DNA of 60,505 nucleotides from a virus (lineage: Duplodnaviria > Caudoviricetes): positions 1 through 60,505 of the IMG/VR virus record IMGVR_UViG_3300011336_000076; one strand, written 5' to 3'. Both the position numbers and the translations under genes were made by a program. A model generated the notes under the pieces. That model had not been told where the DNA came from. It was given only the letters and a program-made list of their open reading frames with translations, and ran no database searches. This document shows, piece after piece, positions 44,419-54,760 of the stretch (the first letter of the stretch is position 1; each line of letters opens with the position of its first letter).

Positions 44419-45018
44419 TCAACCAAATGTAGTGTAAGCAGGTACGTAGTACACAGTACCAGCAATCATTACTTTGATTACTTTACCAACAGTAGTCACG
44501 CTGGTTGCAGTTGGAGCGCAAGTAGCGGCTGGGCCTGTTGCAATGTTCATCAACAAAGGAACTTCACCAGTGTTTGCGCCGCTATCAGTTACGCGAATAA
44601 ATGAAGCAGTGGCAGGCAAAGAAGCATTAACAGAGTAGTTGGTATCCAACTGAATCACTGCCAATGTACCGCCGGGGGAAGCCTGTGAACCACCCAAAGT
44701 AGCGCGAATTGCGTTAGCAGCGCCAGAGATAGTGCCAGTGCCATCAATCTCGGTAGAGATGTGAGCGCCGTTAATCGTACCAGCAGTAGCTGCGCCGGTA
44801 CCGGTCACAACAGAGAAAGCACGAAGTGTTTCACCAGAACCTGTAGAGGTAAAGGTAAGTTTGTTGTAGCTTAGACGTGTATCGCCAGTGGTGGCGGACG
44901 TTGTAGCGTAAGCTGCGTCAATATTGGTTGCTGTAGTTACAGTAACGGGAGAAGAAGATGTTCCGGAGATAAAGCCATTGTTAGATACGACTGGGCCGGA
45001 GAACGTGGTGGTTGCCAT
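44419..45018 (-). CDS. Thr/Gly-rich putative head fibre/decoration protein
   Basis: MATTTFSGPV.S.NGF N-terminus; immediately downstream of the capsid gene. Confidence 0.7.
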   Translation of the reverse strand: MATTTFSGPVVSNNGFISGTSSSPVTVTTATNIDAAYATTSATTGDTRLSYNKLTFTSTGSGETLRAFSVVTGTGAATAGTINGAHISTEIDGTGTISGAANAIRATLGGSQASPGGTLAVIQLDTNYSVNASLPATASFIRVTDSGANTGEVPLLMNIATGPAATCAPTATSVTTVGKVIKVMIAGTVYYVPAYTTFG

Positions 45019-45117
45019 GATGTGTCCTTACATACAAGTAGAGTGCATTAGTCTGTATGTCGTCAGCCGGGACTGTCTAATGCACCGGATAACCCCGGGT
45101 TGAAAGCAATATACAAC

Positions 45118-45147
45118 AAAAGAAAAGGGGGCACAAGGCCCCCCTTC
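45118..45147 (-). terminator. rho-independent terminator after the major capsid gene
   Basis: G/C hairpin followed by TTTTCTTTTG on the minus strand. Confidence 0.8.
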
Positions 45148-45166
45148 AAATATTTCCTAAGAAATA

Positions 45167-46075
45167 TTAAGCACCGGTAGAACCGAACATGCCCAGAGGG
45201 TCAGACCAGCCGAAGCTGTAACGCTCACGAGACTTGTAACGGACGTTACCTGTGTCAAAGTCGCCGTCCATAGACTGGGCCAAAGGCGAACGCACAAAGT
45301 GCTTCATGCCGTTAGGTACGTCTGTAGTCAGGAACCAAGCATTGGTATCAGTCAAGAAGTGGTTAATGGTATATCCACCGGGGATAGAACCATTGTTCTT
45401 CAAGGCGTTGATATCATTGTCAGCAGTAGACACGCGCAATTCAGTCTCAAGCAAGCGAGTTGCCGTGAACTGGAGTGCAGGTGGAACCACCAACTTGTTA
45501 GGCTTGGCAGCGATCAACAGGCCACGCTCATCTGTCCACAAGCTAATCTGAATAACAGCGTTTTCCAACGATGTTTCGTTCAAGTCAGCAGGGGTAGATG
45601 GAATGTTACTGTTAGTACCACCAGACACCAAGGGGTGTGATGCGCTAAACAAAGCAACACCGTCACCACCAGCGTAAGCATTGCTGAAGCCGTTATTCAA
45701 AACAGCGGCAGCTTTAACTTGCTTGGTGTATGCCATAGCGCGGGCCAAAGCCTTCGTATAACGAGCAGACAGTGAGTCATACAAGTTATCTTCGATAGCC
45801 TCTTCAGTCAAGCTGAAGCCCAAAGCGATGGTTTCGTGGTTGTATCGGGCAGTCCATGCTTCCTGCGCATTGTCATAAGCAATGGCAGAACCCTCGTTTT
45901 TAACGGGGGCAGCAGAGAAACCAGACAGTTTCGTCTCTTCTTCAAAAGAACGCTCAGAGGTTTCAGTTTCATAAATTTCTTTATGCTCTTCACCGTATTT
46001 TGCGTACTCCAAACCGAACAAAGCGTTCAGGCCGGGGAGAAGTTCTTTAAGTAGTTGTGCGCGTGAAATTGCCAT
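45167..46075 (-). CDS. major capsid protein
   Basis: MAISRAQLLKELLPGLNALFG, K.EG, DGVALFS..HP, LVVPP.L, KSRERYSFGWSD; follows the scaffold. Confidence 0.9.
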   Translation of the reverse strand: MAISRAQLLKELLPGLNALFGLEYAKYGEEHKEIYETETSERSFEEETKLSGFSAAPVKNEGSAIAYDNAQEAWTARYNHETIALGFSLTEEAIEDNLYDSLSARYTKALARAMAYTKQVKAAAVLNNGFSNAYAGGDGVALFSASHPLVSGGTNSNIPSTPADLNETSLENAVIQISLWTDERGLLIAAKPNKLVVPPALQFTATRLLETELRVSTADNDINALKNNGSIPGGYTINHFLTDTNAWFLTTDVPNGMKHFVRSPLAQSMDGDFDTGNVRYKSRERYSFGWSDPLGMFGSTGA

Positions 46076-46086
46076 GATTTAGCTCC

Positions 46087-46920
46087 TTAGACGGCTGCGC
46101 CAGTGTAGTAGGAATGTGTGCCAAAGTTGAGTTTGACAAGCATTTCTGGATACTGGGTGAAAAGAATAGTGGATGCGCTAGGAATAGCGGTAACACTGCC
46201 GGGAACTGCAATCGTAGAGTTAATGGTCACTGACGTTGCGCCAGCAGCCGCAGCCGCAGATACGTACGAACCAGTTTGAACCAATTGACCATTAGCAGCG
46301 ATGTAAGCCACATCAGTACCAACCACTAATGCGTTAGGCAAAGCCGAGCAAGTAATAGTAGTAGAAGAAGATGAGCCAGTCACGCTAGTTTGAATGGCAG
46401 TTTCTCCAACCAAGCCAACTACACGCAAAGCCAAGTCAGCACTTGTAGTAGATGAAGCATACAGGGCAGCAACAGCAGAATTACCTGTGTTGACGTTACC
46501 TGCATTCTGAATCAAACCAAAGTTTTGACCTAACATGGCAGAAGCAGCAGAGGCAATAACTGTGGTTGCAGAGCACATCACCACTTTGAACACCGTGTCA
46601 GGGTCATCGCAAATGATAGCTTGGCAATCACCTGCGGCAGTACCGGCGGGCCAGTATTGCGCAAATTGCTTTTGCTTAGTTGTAGGGTTAGTGTAAGAAC
46701 AACCCAAGAACACACCAACAATACCGGTGCCGGTAGAGTCAGTAGTATCTGCGTTATCTACAATAGAACCACGAATAATGTTTACGATATCACCGTAAAA
46801 AATGTTCGTAGCGTAACCATACTGGATCGGATAATTGCGGGTAGAACCAGCAAATACCTGACCACCGATCAGGTTGATCGGCTTTAGGCCGTAGGGGGCC
46901 GAGACGACGGGATAAGCCAT
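46087..46920 (-). CDS. putative capsid decoration/minor head protein
   Basis: APYGLKP, IFYGD, GVFLGC.Y, DDPD..F; sits between scaffold region and capsid. Confidence 0.7.
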   Translation of the reverse strand: MAYPVVSAPYGLKPINLIGGQVFAGSTRNYPIQYGYATNIFYGDIVNIIRGSIVDNADTTDSTGTGIVGVFLGCSYTNPTTKQKQFAQYWPAGTAAGDCQAIICDDPDTVFKVVMCSATTVIASAASAMLGQNFGLIQNAGNVNTGNSAVAALYASSTTSADLALRVVGLVGETAIQTSVTGSSSSTTITCSALPNALVVGTDVAYIAANGQLVQTGSYVSAAAAAGATSVTINSTIAVPGSVTAIPSASTILFTQYPEMLVKLNFGTHSYYTGAAV

Positions 46921-46938
46921 TTAAGACTCCTTAAAAAT

Positions 46939-47397
46939 TTAAGTACCTTTGCCAAAGCTGGACGAGGACTTACGCTCTTGGAAGAGCGGCATCCGCGCAT
47001 CACTTTGACGCATGAAACTATTGTCTACAGCATCTGTCTGAGATTGAGTGACTTTGGCAAAATGGGCATTTCGCTGGTCTACAAAATCAGTAGGTGTCTT
47101 GCAAAGCAATAATCCACCGACCTCAATGTTGTCTTTAAAACGACTTTGGGGATCGGCTAACAGTCGAAATTTCGGTTGTTCTTCAATGGCAACGGGTTCC
47201 CAACCTTCTCGGAGTTTGGCCGATAAGTTACGTGGGTCAGCATTGTTCATTGTAGAAACACGAATCCAGCGGTAGTTGTATCCGGGCTGTTTGTCTGGCT
47301 CGGGCAAAAGTTCAGGCTGCATCCACTGCTTGGGACGCTCCTGTACCGCACGTGTTGTCAACTCGCGTGTGAGTTTGTTGTCTTTAATATCAGCCAT
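46939..47397 (-). CDS. conserved head-module protein
   Basis: YRWIR...KLREGWEPV...GGLLLCK. Confidence 0.75.
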   Translation of the reverse strand: MADIKDNKLTRELTTRAVQERPKQWMQPELLPEPDKQPGYNYRWIRVSTMNNADPRNLSAKLREGWEPVAIEEQPKFRLLADPQSRFKDNIEVGGLLLCKTPTDFVDQRNAHFAKVTQSQTDAVDNSFMRQSDARMPLFQERKSSSSFGKGT

Positions 47398-48352
47398 TAC
47401 GGGCCTCCAATTCAAGTTGTGCCTTCACATATTGCTCTGGCGTTAAACCCAGTTTTCGGGCTAGGTTTACTTGGCTTTGCTTTAGCTTAACCTTATGAGG
47501 GGCCGTGCTACGAACTGCCGGGGCGACTACAGTACCGGGTCTTGTCCGGGTCTGCTGTCTATTGTCTTCTTGGCTTTCAAATTTCTCTGAAAACCGTTTG
47601 CGCATTGTATTGTCCAATTCGCGGTAATACTCATCAGAACCAACCTCTACACCACTGTCTCTCAGGTCTTCGTGTAAACCTAGAGCAAAGGCCGTCATAC
47701 TCCGATCCTGTCCAAACCAGCTATTGCGCTTTTGCCACGATACAGCTTTATTGTCCGGTTCAGGTATGTTCGGTGCAGGTTGATACTGCACTTGTTGCTG
47801 TTGTACTTGAAATTCTTCCTCTTGTAAAGAGGGCATGCGAAAGTTTTTTACCTGTATAGATTTCAGGTTGGCCATCTGCAACGCTTGGTTGGCCTCCATC
47901 ATCTTGTCAGAGTCACCTGCCTCATACGCTTCTTTATAGGCACGTTGAGCAATCTTCAACTCCATATCAGCATTACTCTGAATGGTAGAGACGTACTCTT
48001 TCTCACCATTGGTAAGAATGCCTTTGATGCGCTTATTCTCTTCAAGCAGGCGTTGTGCCAAAGTGACAGCTTCTTGCTGTTCACGCAGGGCAGACTCTTT
48101 CTCACGGCGCTCGTCGTGCCAAACCTTGCGCATTTGCTTGAGTTTGGTCTTCACGTTGTCGTCGTACTGGTCTAGCTCATCCTTCTCTAGTTCTTCAACC
48201 AGAGGTTTGGGCAGGGGCTGACGGCCACGGTCTTCAGCCGGGGCATCGTCTTCAATTTCAATCTCAATTTCAGGTGCCGCGTTTTGTGCGGGTTTACCCC
48301 TACTTTCAACTTCGTCTGGAAACTTGAATTCTGTGTCGTCGTCTAAAGGCAT
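47390..48352 (-). CDS. scaffolding protein
   Basis: Acidic N-terminus, coiled coil, C-terminal ARKLGLTPEQY. Confidence 0.75.
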   Translation of the reverse strand: MPLDDDTEFKFPDEVESRGKPAQNAAPEIEIEIEDDAPAEDRGRQPLPKPLVEELEKDELDQYDDNVKTKLKQMRKVWHDERREKESALREQQEAVTLAQRLLEENKRIKGILTNGEKEYVSTIQSNADMELKIAQRAYKEAYEAGDSDKMMEANQALQMANLKSIQVKNFRMPSLQEEEFQVQQQQVQYQPAPNIPEPDNKAVSWQKRNSWFGQDRSMTAFALGLHEDLRDSGVEVGSDEYYRELDNTMRKRFSEKFESQEDNRQQTRTRPGTVVAPAVRSTAPHKVKLKQSQVNLARKLGLTPEQYVKAQLELEARNG

Positions 48353-48364
48353 TTTGTGCTCCTT

Positions 48365-48793
48365 TTATTTACGTTTAATACCACGGGGATCGTCTACGAC
48401 GGCCTCGACAGTATCGTCATTGATGATGCGGAACTCACGGCCATGTATGACCAAGCGAGAACCTGAGTGTGGGCGCACGAGGACAAAATCCCCGGGTTTA
48501 CACCATGGCCCAGTAGGGAACTTAGATGGGTCTTGATAGCAGTCTGGCCCCATATCAACAACAAATAAGACCGTTGTGAGGGTCTCTTCGTCGCGCATGG
48601 TCTGGTCAGATTTAATCAAACCTACTTCACTGTCCTCAAACTCTTTCTCTGCCTCTGGTATTGCACAAAGGATTCGGTAGCCAGATGGCCTTGGTAATTG
48701 CTTACCCTTTTCCTCCATTGATGATTCCCAGTTATAGGTTCCCACGACTTGTGGGTTATTGGCGTCTGTAGCCAATAGGATGGAACTAGTCAT
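48365..48793 (-). CDS. groES: GroES-like co-chaperonin
   Basis: P.GYRIL...GLI...VVDMGP...CKPGDFV...G.R...G.EFRIINDD.V.AVV. Confidence 0.85.
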   Translation of the reverse strand: MTSSILLATDANNPQVVGTYNWESSMEEKGKQLPRPSGYRILCAIPEAEKEFEDSEVGLIKSDQTMRDEETLTTVLFVVDMGPDCYQDPSKFPTGPWCKPGDFVLVRPHSGSRLVIHGREFRIINDDTVEAVVDDPRGIKRK

Positions 48794-48974
48794 CCGAAGT
48801 CTCCAATCGTTGTTTCAGGTCTAGGGTGTATCCCCGCATGATGAGTAGACCACGAACCTCACCACACAGTTTCTTGTAATCCTCAAAGGACTCGGCCTTG
48901 CCCTCGGCCAAGTACTCTTTAAGTTGCTCGATCTTTTCATCCGCTTGTTGGATGAGAATCTCAAATGCGTTCAT
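48786..48974 (-). CDS. small protein downstream of portal
   Basis: L.EG....FEDYKKLCGEVRGL. Confidence 0.75.
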   Translation of the reverse strand: MNAFEILIQQADEKIEQLKEYLAEGKAESFEDYKKLCGEVRGLLIMRGYTLDLKQRLETSDD

Positions 48975-51500
48975 TTATTCCCCTTTAGGTTGTCTTTGTC
49001 TCATCTGGATGCGCTCCTGCATTGCCCGCAGTTGCTCTTCATGACTCTTGTTAGAGAGTTGCTTGAGGACATCTACACCCATGTCCATCATGTGGCGCTG
49101 CTTGTCGCTCTCCATCTGAACAGCGGTCTTCATCGCATCAATCTTGATACGCTTGTCATCAGTAGACTGTTGAGTCTGGATGCGGTCACGCTCGATCTGC
49201 AACTGCGCCGCTTTGATGGCGTTGTCGGCCTGATCTTTTGCAGCCTTACGCTGGTTCTCTTGTGCCTTGAGTTGTAACTCTTGCATCTGCATTTGCACAA
49301 TGGGGTCTTGCGCTTGTTGTTGCGCTTGAGCTTGCTGTGCTTGCTGCTGATTCTTCTGGAGCAACTGCTGTGCGGCCTGCGCCAACAGCGGAGATAGACG
49401 AGCTTCAACTTCAGGAGACATCTGAACTTCTTCACCGGACTCATCAGTCTGAGGCGGCAACTGCATACCAAGAGTCTGCTCAATCTGCTTGCGATACTCA
49501 AAGCCTAAATGCTCATTGATGTGCGACATCATGGCTGACTGCATCTGCTGTGCCATCGGGTTCTGCTGCAAGAGTGCCTGAATCTTGGGGTCTTGCATCG
49601 CAGACATGTGCACAACAATGTGAGCCTGATGATCTTGAGACAGGAACGCCTTGACCGGCTTGCCCTTGAGCACATTCTGATTCTCAGATACTGGGTCAGT
49701 CGGCTTCTGATCATCGTCCATTGGCACGAGTTTCTGTGCATCCTTGATACCCAACACATCAAGCATCTGACGGTGCAAGAGTGGCAGGTTGTAAAGTTGG
49801 GGTGCACCCTGTGCAAGCTGAAGAACAGCTTGGTACTGCACAATCTTCTGCGCCATTGTTGACGCATTCGGGTCTGACACGGGGATCACGTCCACATCAT
49901 CATAGTCAGACTTCTTCGCCTTGCGACTGCCTTCAGTAGGCTGATAGTCATAGTCGTCTGGTGTGTACTCAGCGATGATGTGCTTTAAGAGTCCCAACTC
50001 TTGCTTCATTGAGTAGTGAACACGTGCCTGAATGGCAGACATGTTCTTGAGCGTTCTCTCCAAAATCGCCAAGGTAGTACCTACAGGCGCTTGCGCACTC
50101 ATGTCACTCAAGGTCAAGTCGGCTGTGTTAGCGAAGCGTCTGCCTTCTTCAACGATCTGACCAAGCAAAGCCATCAATGTCTGGCTAGGCTCTTTGTATG
50201 GCAGGGGCAGTAAGTTGTCTTTCAGTGTGCCGCTTGCCACATCTGCATCACGCCACTCACCCGGAGCAATCGGTGTATCGTCTCCCTTAACACGCATGCC
50301 ACGTGTCTTGAAGCCACCGGGCAGGTTACTTAAAGTACCAGCATCGACAAGCTGACGAATAAGAGAAGTGCCTGACTTAGCAAAAGCCCCAATGAGGTGA
50401 ATGAGGCCAAAGCAGTAAAAACCAAATCCCGGAACGTAACCATAATGGACAAAATGTTGACGCTTGGTAAAGGTCTCATCATCAGGCTCCCAGTTACGAC
50501 GAATAGCCAGCACGTTGCTGGTTCCCTTTTCAATGGTGACTACATACGGCAGTGCGATGCCAGTCTTCTTACCCTTCTTGTCTTTGTGCTCATAGCCTTC
50601 TAAGTCAAGGTCTACGTTCATCTCCAAAAGTTTGAAGCGATCATCAGCAGTGGCTCTGAAGCCCATCTTCTCTGCGATCTTCTTCTCAACTTCATCCAGC
50701 ACGTTGTCAGGTGTGCCCAAGTCAACATCACAGTAGAACCCAGCCACTTGAAGTTTACGCAACTCATTCTCAGTCTTACGCATCACATGAGTAATACGTG
50801 GAGAAGACTCTAAGTTACTCGCGCCGTAAGGCACAACGATGTCTTCAGCAGGAACGAAGAAAGACACTTGGCGATCAAGCGAGGGATCAAAGTACACCTT
50901 CTTAAACGCATTGCCAGACAGACCCAAGCCCCACAACATGCGCTCATGCTCTGGCCTGTATTCTTTCATCACGTCTGTTAACTGGTAGTTCATGTCGTCT
51001 GCCACACGCTGTGCAGACTCTTTCTTAGCGGGTGTCTCTTTACCGATGATCTGGGTCTTCACTGGCCCAGCGGCAGGAAACGTTGCCATCATTGTTTCTG
51101 ACTGGAACTTCACCAGTGCTTCAGACAACATGGGGTGGAACACACCACACGCGCCTTCCCAAGGTTCTGTACGTTCTTCAATCTTCATGCCCAACAACTC
51201 TAGGCCATCAACGTATGTTTGCATCCAGTCTTTGCGACTGGCTACATCTTCGTCATAGTCACTGATCAATTCTTCAGCAAGACTTTGCAAGACATCTTCG
51301 CCAATGAACTCAGCCAAGTTGGCATTGAAGTCATCTTCTGACTCTGCATCAGGCTCAATCTCAATTTCCATATCGCCCATACCGATCCGCACGGCTTCGG
51401 GGTCTTCGATTTCAATCTCAATCTGAGGGGATGCCTCGTCCATCGCGGCCAGTTCTTCCAAGCCTTGTGGCGCTGCGTATAGTGACTTCTCAATAGCCAT
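48975..51500 (-). CDS. portal protein
   Basis: 841 aa directly after terminase; PWEGAC...HP, G.AFKKVY, Gln-rich C-terminal barrel. Confidence 0.9.
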   Translation of the reverse strand: MAIEKSLYAAPQGLEELAAMDEASPQIEIEIEDPEAVRIGMGDMEIEIEPDAESEDDFNANLAEFIGEDVLQSLAEELISDYDEDVASRKDWMQTYVDGLELLGMKIEERTEPWEGACGVFHPMLSEALVKFQSETMMATFPAAGPVKTQIIGKETPAKKESAQRVADDMNYQLTDVMKEYRPEHERMLWGLGLSGNAFKKVYFDPSLDRQVSFFVPAEDIVVPYGASNLESSPRITHVMRKTENELRKLQVAGFYCDVDLGTPDNVLDEVEKKIAEKMGFRATADDRFKLLEMNVDLDLEGYEHKDKKGKKTGIALPYVVTIEKGTSNVLAIRRNWEPDDETFTKRQHFVHYGYVPGFGFYCFGLIHLIGAFAKSGTSLIRQLVDAGTLSNLPGGFKTRGMRVKGDDTPIAPGEWRDADVASGTLKDNLLPLPYKEPSQTLMALLGQIVEEGRRFANTADLTLSDMSAQAPVGTTLAILERTLKNMSAIQARVHYSMKQELGLLKHIIAEYTPDDYDYQPTEGSRKAKKSDYDDVDVIPVSDPNASTMAQKIVQYQAVLQLAQGAPQLYNLPLLHRQMLDVLGIKDAQKLVPMDDDQKPTDPVSENQNVLKGKPVKAFLSQDHQAHIVVHMSAMQDPKIQALLQQNPMAQQMQSAMMSHINEHLGFEYRKQIEQTLGMQLPPQTDESGEEVQMSPEVEARLSPLLAQAAQQLLQKNQQQAQQAQAQQQAQDPIVQMQMQELQLKAQENQRKAAKDQADNAIKAAQLQIERDRIQTQQSTDDKRIKIDAMKTAVQMESDKQRHMMDMGVDVLKQLSNKSHEEQLRAMQERIQMRQRQPKGE

Positions 51501-51509
51501 GTTTCATCC

Positions 51510-53069
51510 TTAGTAGTACGGTTCTTTCCTGCGGAAAGACTTTGGTTCATCTTCCTCATCAGACGCCAATTGAATAAAGCCACCACGCCTGTAACGCAGT
51601 AATGCCTGAGTCATTGAGTCCACCAAGTCATCATGCTCCCCCGATGGGAAGGACGCGACCTCTTCAATCAATTCTTCTGCCCAGTGTGTATTAGGCACCC
51701 AAACGTGTCCGGATGCAAACATATCAGCCACTGCATTTAGCCGCGCAATTTTATCGTTGCCTTTGCTCGGTGTGAACTCCTGCACCGGAATTCCCATCGC
51801 CCGTAGTTCAAATATCAGGGGCGAACCCGCCGCCTTCGCCTCAACAATCAGCGAATCAACTTCCCACTCTTTGTATTCTTCAAACGCCCGCTGTTTTAAC
51901 TCAGGAAACTCCATGCGTTTCTTGAACGCATTGAGCAGAATAATATTTGCCCGGTTTACGCCCAGATCATCGTCTTTATAGAACACACCCCACGTTGTGC
52001 ATGCAGAGTAATCGGCCCGTTCTGTCTTTAAGAACGCCGTATCCCACGACTGAATAACAAATTCACAGCTTGGGGGGCTGTCGTGCTCCCAAATCTTCCA
52101 CCATTCACGCTTCACAATCGCAGAAACGTCGCTGGTAGGCGACTGCATGTACTGCGCTTGCCATTTACTATTAGGCAACTCTTCTTTTAGGGCTTGTAAC
52201 TCTTTTAAATCCCAGAATTCAGGCCATAAGGGTTTACCCGAAGGCAAAATGGCAGGAAACTCGATCACTTCCCACTCTTCACCCGACCTTTGGGCCGCAG
52301 ATTTGATCACTTGACCCGTTAAGTCCCGTTTAGACCACCGAGTCATCACTATTACGATAGAGCCACCCGGCTGGAGACGCTGACGAGGGCCAGATGTGTA
52401 CCACTCGTATGTTTTATCGTAGATTTCTGGGTTGGACTGGGCCATAGCGGCCTCTTGTTCTGAGTGCGGGTCATCAATAATCAGAATATCCGCACCTTTA
52501 CCGGTCACAGCACCGCCAATACCGATAGCAAAGTACTCACCGCCAAAGTTAGTGGCCCAGCGACCCGCCGCTTTGGAGTCAGACTGCAAATCTAGGGCCG
52601 GAAAGATGCGCTTATAGTTAGCAGAGTCCACCAAGTTACGTACTTTTCGACCAAAACCCACCGCCAACTCACCTGTGTGGCTGGTCTGGATGATCTTTTT
52701 ACCCGGAAACTTACCAAAAAACCACGCTGGTAGCAGGTAACTGGCAAATTCTGACTTGGTATGCCGTGGCGGCATGTTGATGATGAGCCTTTTACACTCG
52801 CCCCGAGCCACCCGCTCAAATGCCCGGGCCATTTTCTCGTGATGCCGACCGTTAATGAAGTTAGGCCACATCTCCCTGATGAATACCATGAAGTCATCAG
52901 ACGCTAGGGTACGCAACTTGCGGGTATTTAGCTCGTCCAGAATTTCTGTAATGGCTGCTTGCTCATCTTTGGGGAACTTTTTCAGTAAAAGTTGTTGTTG
53001 GTGATAGGGGAGAGTTTGTAGCTTCTCCAGTACCAATTCAAGTTTCGTCTTTTCGAGAACTTCAGTCAT
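51510..53069 (-). CDS. terL: terminase large subunit
   Basis: NMPPRHTKS, IIDDP, MTRW, QYMQ, SWDTA, HDDLVD. Confidence 0.95.
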   Translation of the reverse strand: MTEVLEKTKLELVLEKLQTLPYHQQQLLLKKFPKDEQAAITEILDELNTRKLRTLASDDFMVFIREMWPNFINGRHHEKMARAFERVARGECKRLIINMPPRHTKSEFASYLLPAWFFGKFPGKKIIQTSHTGELAVGFGRKVRNLVDSANYKRIFPALDLQSDSKAAGRWATNFGGEYFAIGIGGAVTGKGADILIIDDPHSEQEAAMAQSNPEIYDKTYEWYTSGPRQRLQPGGSIVIVMTRWSKRDLTGQVIKSAAQRSGEEWEVIEFPAILPSGKPLWPEFWDLKELQALKEELPNSKWQAQYMQSPTSDVSAIVKREWWKIWEHDSPPSCEFVIQSWDTAFLKTERADYSACTTWGVFYKDDDLGVNRANIILLNAFKKRMEFPELKQRAFEEYKEWEVDSLIVEAKAAGSPLIFELRAMGIPVQEFTPSKGNDKIARLNAVADMFASGHVWVPNTHWAEELIEEVASFPSGEHDDLVDSMTQALLRYRRGGFIQLASDEEDEPKSFRRKEPYY

Positions 53070-53682
53070 CAGTCTCGTCCAACTCTTTGCCAGTCATACC
53101 CAGTTCTTCATCCAGATCAATCACCTGCACCGCAGGTGCGCCATTGAGATACTTCTCTTCTGTGGGTTGCAGTTGCTTGGCTTCCACATCAATGATGCCA
53201 TCCATATAAGAAGACAGCTTACTGGCCAGTTCAGCCTGTAACTCTTCAGTCGTTCGGTGCGTCACATTGATTTCAAGCCGTTCGGTAAACGCCTGCACGT
53301 CTGACATTTTGCCTAGCAGTTCTAACGCCTTTAACTGGGTGGACTCTTTGTCAGAACCTGTCAGCATGAGAAGACGCATCTTCACGTAGTTTCTAACCTG
53401 TGCCGCATTACGTACAACTTCTACGTCGTACTCATCCAACATGGACTTTAACAAAACGGCTGCTGCTGTATTAAGTTCTTTACCGGCAGTTGGGCTTTCA
53501 AAGAACTGAGCGTGAGCTTCTTTTTTGTCAGCGGTTGTGACAGTGGGTAGTTGCATTCCGTTGGCTGTCAGGAACTCAACGGTATTGAACGCAGCTTGCG
53601 CTCGTGCATGCAAGTCTTTAGCCTCCTCGGTTGTTAGCGAGAAAGGCAGGGGGACATCTAGTTCTGGTGTAACAAGAATCAT
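53062..53682 (-). CDS. terS: putative terminase small subunit
   Basis: Directly upstream of terL; QLKALELLGK...F.ER motif. Confidence 0.7.
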   Translation of the reverse strand: MILVTPELDVPLPFSLTTEEAKDLHARAQAAFNTVEFLTANGMQLPTVTTADKKEAHAQFFESPTAGKELNTAAAVLLKSMLDEYDVEVVRNAAQVRNYVKMRLLMLTGSDKESTQLKALELLGKMSDVQAFTERLEINVTHRTTEELQAELASKLSSYMDGIIDVEAKQLQPTEEKYLNGAPAVQVIDLDEELGMTGKELDETDD

Positions 53683-54135
53683 GGGTAGCGGTTTGTGGCT
53701 CCAATTTGGGCGGAGTGTACACGTTTTTTAAAAAATAATATAGGGGGGTGGGGTTTGTTGTTAAAAAAGGTGACGGGGGGTGTTTCTAAAACAACGCTAA
53801 GAAGTGCAGAGTAAAAAACATGATAGGGGTACCCTACAACATCTTGTGGTGTTGTAGTTAGTTGAGTTGGTGGCCACCGGATTGTTTATTTGCACGGTTT
53901 AGATTTTTCGTTGTAATCCTTTGAGCATATTACAGTGCATAGCCCTGCCCCAGACAAGCCGCCCAATCTAGGGGGTGCCCCCTCCCAATTTCCCACTGTG
54001 GGAAAATCAATGGCCCACGTGTCAACTTAGCCCTATCTCGTGCAAGGTGTAACAACTTATGGTGTAATACATTCATGGATCGGGAAAGTGCACTCGATAC
54101 ATACTCTTATTAACTTGCACTGATGAAAGACTCTC

Positions 54136-54654
54136 ATGAGTAATACAAAACTCTCTTATACGGCTCAAGCCGTTTCTATGGCCTCTGATTTGATCGAGGC
54201 TAAAAAGTGCGAAGACAAAGCAACGTCTTTGCGTGAAGGCGTCAATAAGCAAATTATTGGCATGCACAAAGACAATGTTGTCATTGGCCGTTACAGCAAA
54301 GACGGCACCGGTTGTTCTATTGCTACGGCTTGGGTTGACAAACTAGTCCTTGGCGGGTTGTCCAAAAAGACGGCTCAAAATTATTTGAGTCTTCTACGTG
54401 AAGCCGTGAAAACCGGCAAGCCAGTGAAAGACTGGGGCGGCACGAAAGCCGGAGGACGGCAAGCCGCCGCCGGTGCGAAAGGTAGCGCGAAAGGTAAAAA
54501 AGAGTTTGCCGATAAACTGGCAACGTGTTTCCGTGATGCAGAATTTGAAGGGTTTGTAAATGACCTTGAAGCATCATGGGACAATGACGAAATCAAGTCC
54601 TTGCTTGAAGGCATCAAGTCCTACCTTGAAGCATCCGGCTTGAAGATCGACTGA
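54136..54654 (+). CDS. hypothetical early protein, first gene of the + arm
   Basis: 172-aa ORF followed by its own terminator. Confidence 0.8.
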   Translation: MSNTKLSYTAQAVSMASDLIEAKKCEDKATSLREGVNKQIIGMHKDNVVIGRYSKDGTGCSIATAWVDKLVLGGLSKKTAQNYLSLLREAVKTGKPVKDWGGTKAGGRQAAAGAKGSAKGKKEFADKLATCFRDAEFEGFVNDLEASWDNDEIKSLLEGIKSYLEASGLKID

Positions 54655-54665
54655 TCTCACCTCCC

Positions 54666-54697
54666 AAAACCCTCCGAGAAATCGGGGGGTTTTTTTT
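54666..54697 (+). terminator. rho-independent terminator
   Basis: AAAACCCTCCGA-GAAA-TCGGGGGGTTTT plus a T run. Confidence 0.9.
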
Positions 54698-54760
54698 CGC
54701 CCAAAATTTCCCAATGAATACTTTTCCATTACCCCCCAACTTTTCCACGTGGAAAAGTTT

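Noticed and set aside
45055-45075. CTGACGA on the minus strand as a hammerhead ribozyme core
   Set aside because: The required GAAA and three-stem arrangement were not found
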